DNA of 64,000 nucleotides from Octopus sinensis (Eukaryota): NCBI RefSeq assembly GCF_006345805.1, contig NC_043000.1, positions 90,644,001 to 90,708,000 of the forward strand, read 5' to 3'. Shown piece by piece: positions 1 to 9,776 of this stretch (position 1 is its first letter; each line of letters starts with the position of its first letter). The notes under the pieces were generated by a model. It saw only the letters and a program-made list of their open reading frames with translations, ran no database searches and was not told where the DNA came from. The position numbers and the translations under genes were made by a program.

Positions 1-446
1 TGCTATTGTTGCTTTTGAATCGATCTAGCGATACTATTTCTCTTGTTGTTGTTGTTGTTTATCGTATTGTTGTTGTTTTTTTAATTCAGAACCCATATAT
101 TAACCAGCTGCCTTTTACAATATCGAATTCTATTCTTAAACAATAATGAAAACTGATGAAATCACAGGGGTGAAACTCATTGACTATGGTGGTGGTGTGA
201 GTGAGAATAGTGGCACTGGTGCTGCTGCTAGTAGTGCAGGTAACAGTAATGATAGTGACATTAGTGATAATGCTGTTGTTGTTGTTAGTGGGGATAGTAA
301 TGTTGATGTTGGTGGTGGAAAGGGTGGTGAAAGCGGTATTAATGGTGTTGGTGATAATGGTCTTAATATTGGTTGGTACTAATGTCCGCAGGGATACGAG
401 GTTTGAACGAGGTTTCAAAATATATCTGGGCTTTTGTGTACTGGCG

Positions 447-523
447 TGGAGGTGCAATGGCCCAGTGGTTAAGGCAGCGGGTTCGCGGTCGGAGGATCTC
501 GGTTTCGATTCCCAGTCCGAGCA
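447..523 (+). mobile_element. tRNA-derived SINE head only (family S3, Octopus OR-type)
   Basis: A-box TGGCCCAGTGG and B-box-like GGTTTCGATTCCC; same head as copies at 4903, 26020 and 53388. Confidence 0.8.
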
Positions 524-561
524 TGTCTGATGCAGAAGTTGCTATTTAGCGATTCTTTATT

Positions 562-770
562 CTTTTGCTTGTTTCAGTCACTTGACTGCGGCCATGCCGG
601 AGCACCACCTTGAAGGGTTCTAGTCAAATAAATCGACCCAAGGACTTATTTTTTAAAGCCTTGTACTTATCCCATAGTTCTCTTTCGTCGAACTGCTAGA
701 ATACGGCGACGTAAACACACCAGCACCGATTGTTAGGCGGTGATGAGGGACAAACACAGACACAAAGACA
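562..770 (-). mobile_element. SINE family S1 (CORE-like), 3' half
   Basis: Matches the 3' tail of the near-consensus copy at 40586-40993 (TTGTTTCAGTCA-TTGACTGCGGCCATGC). Confidence 0.8.
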
Positions 771-814
771 CACACACATACACACACACACATATATATA
801 ATACATAGACACAC

Positions 815-904
815 ATTTATGTATGTATGTATTATGTATGTATGTATGTATGTATGTATGTATGTATGTATTTATGTATGTATGTATGCATGTATGTATG
901 TATG

Positions 905-980
<76 letters not shown>
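815..980. repeat. (TATG)n/(TA)n microsatellite
   Basis: Direct reading. Confidence 0.95.
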
Positions 981-984
<4 letters not shown>

Positions 985-1193
985 TAATCCAAACAAAAAA
1001 ACACAGAAAAAAGAGAGAAAAAAACACAGCAACGCAGGACGTGGAACAATTAAAGTATTATTGACGCTCAGGAAAGAAGGGAAGGAGGGTTTAACGTTTC
1101 GAGCGGAGCTCTTCGTCGGAAACAAGGAGAAGGAAAGATCCCAAGAAGGGAGACAGAGGAAAAAATATTTGAGCTGGTGGTGCTCAAGAGATC
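981..1193 (-). mobile_element. Non-autonomous PLE-derived repeat, family A, with HHR-like motif (copy 1 of tandem pair)
   Basis: Minus strand CCGACGA-AGAGC-TCC-GCTC-GAAACG...GAGCGTC (1119-1063); flanked by (TA)n and (CA)n. Confidence 0.7.
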
Positions 1194-1221
1194 ACACACA
1201 CACACACCACACACACACACA

Positions 1222-1311
<90 letters not shown>

Positions 1312-1523
1312 AAGTTAATCCAAACAAAAAAACACAGAAAAAAGAGAGAAAAAAACACAGCAACGCAGGACGTGGAACAATTAAAGTATTATTGACGCTC
1401 AGGAAAGAAGGGAAGGAGGGTTTAACGTTTCGAGCGGAGCTCTTCGTCGGAAACAAGGAGAAGGAAAGATCCCAAGAAGGGAAGACAGAGGAAAAAATAT
1501 TTGAGCTGGTGGTGCTCAAGAGA

Positions 1524-1525
<2 letters not shown>
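1312..1525 (-). mobile_element. Family A repeat, copy 2 of tandem pair (331-bp period)
   Basis: Near-identical to 981-1193. Confidence 0.75.
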
Positions 1526-1614
<89 letters not shown>

Positions 1615-1769
1615 CACGCGGGTGGGAAGGGGCTGTTGACACAATCGTTTCATTCACAAATTGAATTCGGTGATACCAGTTGCGGATTCTAGCTCGCTCT
1701 GATACTGAGTTGAGTTGGTGCCTTCTGGTATCTCAAAATTCAATATATAATCATTTATGATTATAGTAT

Positions 1770-1887
1770 TCTACGCTGAAGAGAAAAGAAGTTTCGGTAA
1801 GATAGAATTATTTATTATTTATTTAATATTTAATATTTAGTTCTTATGCTTTCCTAAAAACTTGATTTCGAAACGTACGTCCGTGGA
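1770..1887 (+). ncRNA. Type I hammerhead ribozyme (intact core)
   Basis: Stem I TCTACG/CGTGGA; core CTGAAGA 1776-1782; long stem II opening GAAA/TTTC; GAAA 1870-1873; palindromic stem III ACGTACGT; GUC cleavage after 1881. Confidence 0.85.
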
Positions 1888-2385
1888 TAACTAAAAAAAT
1901 GTATGATAGATTGCAGTCAATTCATTCTCTCTTACCTGTTTGTGTCTGCCTTCCAAATGCTGTTTTTACTGAGATCTCCCTTTTTAGTAGAAGAAATAGC
2001 TATAACCCTTTGACTGCTATTTCTAATTCGGTATGTGGTAAGGCAACTCGTTGCTAAACCCTTATTGCTTAGTATTACTTAAATTTTCCTCGAATGAGGC
2101 TTTTACATGCCGAAGACTACTTGGTGTTTGTGTAATTGATAATTTTTCCAAATTAATTAATTTCACCCTTCATTATTACGGATAACCATATTTTATCTCA
2201 GTAGATGACCACAGCATCTTGTTTTGGCTACACGCGGGTGGGAAGGGGCTGTTGACACAATCGTTTCATTCACAAATTGAATTCGGTGATACCAGTTGCG
2301 GATTCTAGCTCGCTCTGATACTGAGTTGAGTTGGTGCCTTCTGGTATCTCAAAATTCAATATATAATCATTTATGATTATAGTAT

Positions 2386-2503
2386 TCTACGCTGAAGAGA
2401 AAAGAAGTTTCGGTAAGATAGAATTATTTATTATTTATTTAATATTTAATATTTAGTTCTTATGCTTTCCTAAAAACTTGATTTCGAAACGTACGTCCGT
2501 GGA
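2386..2503 (+). ncRNA. Type I hammerhead ribozyme (intact core), second tandem copy
   Basis: Same motif as 1770-1887; CTGAAGA 2392-2398; cleavage after 2497. Confidence 0.85.
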
Positions 2504-2946
2504 TAACTAAAAAAATGTATGATAGATTGCAGTCAATTCATTCTCTCTTACCTGTTTGTGTCTGCCTTCCAAATGCTGTTTTTACTGAGATCTCCCTTTT
2601 TAGTAGAAGAAATAGCTATAACCCTTTGACTGCTATTTCTAAATTCGGTATGTGGTAAGGCAACTCGTTGCTAAACCCTTATTGCTTAGTATATATATAT
2701 ATATATATAAATTTATATATGAGGATAAAATCGATATTTAAGTGTCGAAATTATCAAGTGGCCAGCATGAAAGAAATACCTTAGAAAGGTAAAAAAATTT
2801 TTAACAATTAAAAATGAGGGTGTCTAAAAGACACCAACATGCCGAAATAGCAGTCGAAACACTGACTATAGTACCACGTTAAATGTTCACATCGCACCAT
2901 GAGGTAAAGCGGAGGGACAAAACATACAAGCAAAAATAAATGAATA

Positions 2947-3006
2947 ATTCAAGATCCAAGGATTTCTGGTTCTGCTTTAGATAAGCTTTACCGTCATCAA
3001 TTGAAT
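2947..3006 (-). ncRNA. Variant type I hammerhead motif (U3 instead of C3)
   Basis: Stem I ATTCAA/TTGAAT; core TTGATGA; stem II GGT..GCTT/AAGC..ACC; GAAA; stem III ATCC-TT-GGAT; AUC triplet. Confidence 0.55.
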
Positions 3007-3647
3007 ATATCAAGGGTACATAAATACAGATATATATATGCACAGCAAACGATATACTTACATATACGAGCGTCGTACATACATACATATGCACGTATGG
3101 ACACAGCCAGTCTGAATCGCCCGCCAAATCACCGCATAAGTACGATATGGTTAAAATAAGCACCGCAGTGAATATAATAACGAATCATATAAATTTATAT
3201 ATGAGGATAAAATCGATATTTAAGTGTCGAAATTATCAAGTGGCCAGCATGAAAGAAATACCTTACAAAGGTAAAAAAATTTTTAACAATTAAAAATGAG
3301 GGTGTCTAAAAGACACCAACATGCCGAAATAGCAGTCGAAACACTGACTATAGTACCACGTTAAATGTTCACATCGCACCATGAGGTGTAAGGTATTTCT
3401 TTCATGCTGGCCACTTGATAATTTCGACACTTAAATATCGATTTTATCCTCATATATAAATTTATATAATTCGTTATTATATTCACTGCGGTGCTTATTT
3501 TAACCATATCGTACTTATGCGGTGATTTGGCGGGCGATTCAGACTGGCTGTGTCCATACGTGCATATGTATGTATGTACGACGCTCGTATATGTAAGTAT
3601 ATCGTTTGCTGTGCATATATATATCTGTATTTATGTACCCTTGATAT

Positions 3648-3707
3648 ATTCAATTGATGACGGTAAAGCTTATCTAAAGCAGAACCAGAAATCCTTGGAT
3701 CTTGAAT
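3648..3707 (+). ncRNA. Variant type I hammerhead motif (inverted copy of 2947-3006)
   Basis: TTGATGA 3654-3660, GAAA 3688-3691, predicted cleavage after 3701. Confidence 0.55.
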
Positions 3708-3850
3708 TGTTCATTAATTTTTGCTTGTATGTTTTGTCCCTCCGCTTTACCGCATGGTGCGATGTGAACATTTAACGTGGTACTATAGTCAGTGTTTCGA
3801 CTGCTATTTCGGCATGTTGGTGTCTTTTAGACACCCTCATTTTTAATTGT

Positions 3851-3881
<31 letters not shown>

Positions 3882-3943
3882 ATATATATATATATATATT
3901 ATATATATATATATATGTATGTATATATATATATATATATATA

Positions 3944-4111
3944 CAGGGGGAGAATTCACAAAAAACAAAGGACGAAGACAGGTGGTGTAGACAACAAACA
4001 GATGTATTAGTATAACGATCGAGAAGTGAAAAAGTCTTAAACGTTTCGAGCCTACGCTCTTCTACAGAAAAGAACACAGAAAGAAACAAGGAGAGAAAAT
4101 GAAGAATGTGT

Positions 4112-4115
<4 letters not shown>
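3944..4115 (-). mobile_element. Family A PLE-derived repeat (degenerate core CTGTAGA)
   Basis: Plus strand AACGTTTCGAGCCTACGCTCTTCTACAG; flanked by (TA)n and (TC)n. Confidence 0.65.
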
Positions 4116-4180
<65 letters not shown>

Positions 4181-4184
4181 TATA

Positions 4185-4357
4185 CCTCGGGCTACTTTCA
4201 GTCTCTGTCTACCAAATCCACTCACAAGGCTTTGGTCGGTCAGAGGCTATAGTACTATAGTAGAAGACATTTGCGCGAGGTGCGACGCAGTGGAACTGAA
4301 CCTGGAACTATGTGGTCGGGTCGCAAGCTTATCACCACATAGCCACACCTGCGACTA
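4185..4357 (-). mobile_element. SINE S1 head and CORE-like domain
   Basis: Reverse complement of GGCTATGTGGT...GGTTCAGTTCCACTGCGTCGCACCTCGCGCAAATGTCTTCTACTATAG. Confidence 0.8.
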
Positions 4358-4429
4358 TGCAGATGTATTTTTTTATATACGATTTTGATACGATTTTAGG
4401 AATCAACTATATAACCATCACTAATTACA

Positions 4430-4836
4430 GATTTATTGGGTGGATGAGGCAATATGATTTGATAAATTAGTTATTTATTAGTGAAATCAAATTATCACTT
4501 AATTTTGCGTTAAAAGTAACGGTCGCAATCGTAGTGTTGGTGTTAGTGGTGGTGATCAGCAGGACCCGCAGGACCAGTAGGACCGGCAGGACCGGCGTAG
4601 CCGGCGTGGGCGGCTTGGGCGGCGTGACCGACGTGACCGGCAGGGATATCTTAGCAGTCTTATAAACCCCTGGTAAAATCAATGCATTGGGCCCTGCAGT
4701 AAGCGACCGCATACAAAGATCAGAATTGTGCCCTTGGACCCATGAGACCCTTGAACAACTGTTCAGTGTGCCCATGCCTTGAGACGGCATTCGTAGTGGG
4801 GTCAGTGTCGTCGATGTCGTTGGTAAATTTTCTTGT
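4430..4836 (-). other. Candidate terminal exon of a small secreted-peptide or structural-protein gene (possibly pseudogenised)
   Basis: TTTTTTAG acceptor at 4837; phase-0 frame TRKFTNDIDDTDPTTNAVSRHGHTEQLFKGLMGPRAQF*; GC-rich 9-bp repeat 4552-4641; AATAAA at 4479-4474 and 4437-4432. No homology search done. Confidence 0.3.
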
Positions 4837-4902
4837 CTAAAAAAGTTCCAAACAAGGTGAGAAGCTACTTAGTCTAAGGGATTATAAAGAAGGGAAAACA
4901 AT

Positions 4903-5278
4903 GGAAGCACTCCGTCGGTTACGACGACGAGGGTTCCGGTTGATCCGAATCAACGGAACAGCCTGCTCGTGAAATTAACGAGTAAATGGCTGAGCACTCC
5001 ACAAACACGTGTATCCTTAACGTAGTTCTCGGGGATATTCAGCGTAACACACAGAGTGACAAGGCCGGCCCTTTGAAATACAGGTACAACAGAAACAGGA
5101 AGTAAGAGTGAGAGAAAGTTGTGGTGAAAGAGTACAGCAGGGATCACCACCAACCCCTGCCGGAGCCTCGTGGAGCTTTAGGTGTTTTCGCTCAATAAAC
5201 ACTCACAACGCCCGGTCTGGGAATCGAAACCGCGATCCTATGACCGCGAGTCCGCTGCCCTAACCACTGGGCCATTGG
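4903..5278 (-). mobile_element. SINE S3, near full length (tail type a)
   Basis: tRNA-like head TGGCCCAGTGGTTAGGGCAGCGGACTCGCGGTC; tail ends GGAACCCTCGTCGTCGTAACCGACGGAGTGC. Confidence 0.85.
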
Positions 5279-5368
5279 ATGACAGTTCCAAAGTGTAGCA
5301 GCCGAAGGAAATAAAGCTTGGACTGTAGAAAGACTCCCTTATTCATGACAGTTCAACAGCATTTAGAT

Positions 5369-5861
5369 CAGGGGTTCTCAACCATTTTTTTATCTATGGA
5401 CCCCTTTGATTACTATTTTATTCTGGTAGACCCCAATAGCCATTCGATATTTAAAAACTAGTTTTATAGAAACTTTTTTCAAAATTCCTATTTTGTTTTT
5501 CACACATTCACTTGTGTAAGTTGAACTATGTGAAATGTTGGAGAAAGAAACCGAGCTATTTCTTGCTATACTATTTTGCTACGTGGAACCCCATCGTCAT
5601 TTGATATTTAAAAACAAGTTTTATTGAAGCTTCTTTCAAAATTCCTATTTTGTTTATCAACATTAATTTGTGTAGTTTGAACTATGTAAAATGTTAGAGA
5701 AAGAACCCTAGCAATTTATCGCAATACATACCAATGCATGCATTTAAAGCAAATTTTTTTTCTGGGGCTCTTAAAATACTATTGTGGATCCCCAATTTAC
5801 TATTTTGCTATATGGACTCCCAAAAATCATATATGGACCCACAGGGGCCATATGGATCTCA
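5369..5861. mobile_element. hAT-like non-autonomous DNA element, right end truncated
   Basis: Begins CAGGGGTTCTCAACC (hAT-type TIR); internal duplication; repeated GGACCCC subterminal motifs. Confidence 0.55.
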
Positions 5862-5865
5862 GTAG

Positions 5866-6444
5866 TACAGTTGTGGCAGTTAATTGAACCATTTAATTGA
5901 AATGTAGCCTCAACAATCCACATAACTTTTATTGGAAAGTGAGTATCTTCGAAGCCTTTTGTCAAGCACCATTCACAGTACTCCCGTTTTCTGTCCGGAT
6001 AATCTTCATTGATAGCACTGCTTCAAAATGTGATTGACAGACGTAAATGAAATACCTGTATCACTGCTCCCTTCTCGCACAGATTTTCTCGGATTTTCGT
6101 GAAAATTTTCCAGTATCTTTTCTTGCTTCCTGAGGCTAATTGATGTCCCTGGTCTTCCTGGACGGGTCCTTTGTAAATTCTACAGTTCCATCAGATTTAA
6201 ATTTATTCTTGATTCCATAGATGGTTATCCATCCAGGTGGATATGATTGACACTCTCTTCTATACTGTGTTTGGACTCCAATTGCATATTCATACTTTTA
6301 GTAGCATTGTAAGATGAATTTCCTTTGTTTAGAGCTAAGTCTTGATGCCATTATTAATTCTGATGGGTGAAATCTGAAAAGAAACGAAGATTTAGGTTAT
6401 CTGCTGTAGAAGGAAATGTGTATGCATTTTTTGGGGCCACCCTG
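5866..6444 (-). mobile_element. Tc1/mariner-superfamily 5' fragment, rosa(DD41D)/DUF4817-like transposase relic
   Basis: TIR TA-CAGGGTGGCCCCAAAAAATG at 6444; decayed frame MASRLSSKQRKFILQCY...FPIKVMWIVEATFQLNGSINCHNC (cf. FSDEAHFxLNGxVNKQN). Confidence 0.7.
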
Positions 6445-6479
6445 TATATCATGTATATCTATATGCATCTCTCTGTCTA

Positions 6480-6516
<37 letters not shown>

Positions 6517-6535
6517 GTCTCTGTCTGTCTGTCTG

Positions 6536-6592
<57 letters not shown>

Positions 6593-6769
6593 TTTATATA
6601 AATTAAATTAGAGATAAAACCACTATTAGGCAAATCAAACAGTGAAAAACATAAACCAAAACATAGAAATAAAAATAATTAATATAATATACAAAATATA
6701 TAAAATATAAAATTCAAAATTTAAATTATTTAAATTTAAAGTTAAAAATTTAAATTATTAATTTATATT

Positions 6770-6845
<76 letters not shown>

Positions 6846-7549
6846 TGATTGATTCTAGTTTCAGCTCACGAGCTGTGGCCATGCTGGGGCACCGCCATTT
6901 ATATATTTATTTTTATTTTTATTTTTTAAATTTTTTTAATTTATTTTTTTATTTAAAAAAATTTATTAAATATATATAACTATCTAAAAGTATTATAAAG
7001 TTTAATATAAGATAAAAAATAATAAATATAAATACATAATTCAAAGGTATATATATATATATAAATCAAAGGTAGAACAGAAAGAACACAACAAACGAAG
7101 ACCGTCAAAACACAACATGCGGAAAACAGGACTATAGCACGACAACGGCAAACAGGACAAAACAAGAACACGGATCATTCACAGTAAATTACCTCTTCAA
7201 TCAGAGTCTAGAATGTCTTCGTTGCTTCGCTCACTTATCTCCGATACTACTCGAAACCGGCTGGGCCAGGGACTTAAGCTAAAAGCATTAAACATCTGGG
7301 AAAGGCAAATGAATGTACATATATGAAAACAAATAAATAAACAACAGAAAGGGTCTTTCAACTCTTAGGACGAACGTAACATATGAAATAGAATTATACA
7401 TATACAATGGACAAACGCCTTTCGGCTATAAAACAAAAAGAATATAAAAAAGGAAATTACAACAAAGATAAAACAAAACAGATAGGGCCTTTCGACTATC
7501 AGACATGTGTAGTAATCAATATACACACAGTAAATCCCCCACCCATAAA

Positions 7550-7934
7550 ACGAAGGACAAACACAAGAAAAAAAAAACAACAACGCGAGGATGTGGTACA
7601 GGCAAAGTATTAGTAGACGCTCAAGAAAGGAAAGAAATGTGGTTTTATGTTTCGAGCAAAGCTCTCCGTCGTAAACAGGAGACGGAGGAAAGTCTAAGAG
7701 AAACGGAAGACGGATGAAACAATCGCCAACGATTCACGTGTGGTTACATTTTAAACAGGAGACGGAGGAAAGTCTAAGAGAAAAGGAAGACGGATGAAAA
7801 AATCGCCAACGATTCACGTGTGGTTACATTTTGAATATATATATATATATATATAAAATGTAACCACACGTGAATCGTTGCAAATCGTTTTGCAAATTAC
7901 TCAGACTTTCCTCCGTCTCCTGTTTACGACGAAG
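7550..7934 (-). mobile_element. Family A repeat with partial tandem (7753-7832) and inverted (7855-7934) copies
   Basis: AAACAGGAGACGGAGGAAAGTCT...GATTCACGTGTGGTTACATTTT occurs twice direct and once inverted. Confidence 0.7.
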
Positions 7935-7952
7935 ATATATATATATATATAT

Positions 7953-8074
7953 ATCACCGTGATCACCGTGACCGACCAGGCTCTCAGATGTTGCTACACA
8001 TCGCTGGTCACAATGCGCTTCACATTGTTTTAGCCTTGAAATGACGCCACCCCTCTGGCTAAGCGAGAAGGCCT
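7953..8074 (-). mobile_element. SINE S3 3' tail (tail type b)
   Basis: Reverse complement of the tail at 53700-53825 ending GGTCGGTCACGGTGATCACGGTGAT. Confidence 0.75.
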
Positions 8075-8195
8075 ATATATATATATATATATATATACCA
8101 GTCGTTATCTTCGAACGAATGTGATATAGTTAAATATACCATGCTTTCACTAATTGTTTTGATATGATTATGTAGTCGCTAGCAGACACATCTAA

Positions 8196-8600
8196 GCGCA
8201 GGCATGGTTGTGTGCTTAAAAAGCTACTTTACAACCACATGGATTCGGGTTCTGTCCCTCTGCATGGCATTTTGAGCAAGTGCCTTCTAACTTTAGCTTC
8301 CGACCGACCAATGCCTTGTAAATGAACTTCGTTGACGGAAACTGTGTGGAAGCCCGTCGTATATGTGTCTATGAGTGTGTGTCTATGTGCTTTGTGTCTG
8401 TGTTTGTTACCGCTCCATCGCTTGACAATCGGTCTTGGTTTGTGTGAAAAACCACCGATAGAATACGTAACAAACTTAACAAGAAAAAAAAAGAAAGAAA
8501 GAAAAAAAAACAAAAGCATAAGTACTGAGGTCGATTTGGACGGCTAAAGTATTCAAGCAAGTGTCCCAACATGGCTGCAGTCTGATGACTAAAAAAAAAA
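8196..8600 (+). mobile_element. SINE S1, diverged full-length copy
   Basis: Head GCGCAGGCATGGTTGTGTG, CORE-like TTGAGCAAGTG, tail CATGGCTGCAGTCTGATGACT. Confidence 0.75.
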
Positions 8601-9364
8601 AAAGATACCATGCTTTATTGTTTTTACAAAGATGGCGGTAGGACAGTTGTTGAGGGTTTTCATCTGTTATATTGATTAAGTGAATAATCCTTAAAAAAAA
8701 AACAACAAAGAAAACTCGCCTTGCTGCCGCCTTAATTGCCATCGATATGACAGAGTTGGTCCTATTTACGCCCCGCCTTTGCCTCCTAACATTGTGTCTA
8801 GTTTCATGAAACTCTTATATAAAGACATCATACACATATACGAGTAATCTGTCTGTTTCGCTCTCACTTTCAGCCATTTTATCTCTCATCATTTCTGTCT
8901 TCGTCTCTTTCTATATTTCTCTCTGTCTCTCTACACGTGTGAGTGTGTTTGTGCGCGCGCGCGCGCATGTGTGTGTGTGTGTGCGTGCGTGTGTGTGTAT
9001 GTGTGTTGTAAACCCTTTCAGAGTTATGAAATATTATTAAACAGTAGGAATCATTGTTATTAAAACAGTAGGAGCAACCAAGTAATAACGGTCTGTAGGG
9101 AAATGATGAAATTGTATCCTAGGGATGATAAACTGCTCTCCATGTTATAGGCATAATGAGACATAGTGATAAACATATCAAACCGAAACAAAAACAAACA
9201 AATAAGTAAAAAGAATGAAAATGAAAACATGAATATAACATAGTAAATATATCAAACCCCTCAAAAACATCGAAAAAAAGGCAAAAATTATTAAATAACA
9301 ATGTGTATGTAATTAAAAATATTAGAGATATCGAGGGGACCGGACGATTCAGAAATCGGACTGA

Positions 9365-9377
9365 CGTAGTAGTAGTG

Positions 9378-9445
<68 letters not shown>

Positions 9446-9776
9446 GGTGGTGGTGGTAGTTGTAGTAGTAGTAGTTGTAGTAATAGTGGGTGGTGGTGGA
9501 AGTGTTAGTTGTAGCGGTGATGGTAGTGGCAGCGGTAGTGATGGCGGTGGCAGCGGTAGCAGCATTTCTTGTAGTAGTGACAGTAGTTATGACGGGACTG
9601 GCGGAAGTAATAGTGTTGTTGTGTGACAAATAAATGAATTCTTCTTCTTCTTCTTCTTCTTCTTCTTCTTCTTCTTCTTCTTCTTCTTCTTCTTCTTCTT
9701 CTTCTTCTTCTTCTTCTTCTTCTTCTTCTTCTTCTTCTTCTTCTTCTTCTTCTTCTTCTTCTTCTTCTTCTTCTTC
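9365..9776. repeat. (GTA)n/(GTG)n and (CTT)n trinucleotide arrays
   Basis: Direct reading; (CTT)n abuts the LINE 3' end. Confidence 0.95.

Larger units (their letters stand above)
1613..2692 (+). mobile_element. Tandem 616-bp unit (1.75 copies) carrying hammerhead ribozymes; PLE pseudo-LTR or retrozyme-like
   Basis: TACACGCGGGTGGGAAGGGG starts at 1613 and 2229; copies almost identical; both ends in (TA)n. Confidence 0.85.
2705..3852. mobile_element. 482-bp unit with partial direct repeat and inverted copy (PLE pseudo-LTR architecture)
   Basis: 2705-2905 repeated at 3187-3387; 3388-3852 is the reverse complement of 2802-3266; flanked by (TA)n. Confidence 0.8.

Noticed and set aside
4543-4836. 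Sec read-through of the TGA-punctuated frame (DKKIYQRHRRH*PHYEC...)
   Set aside because: No recognisable selenoprotein motif and no SECIS identified by eye
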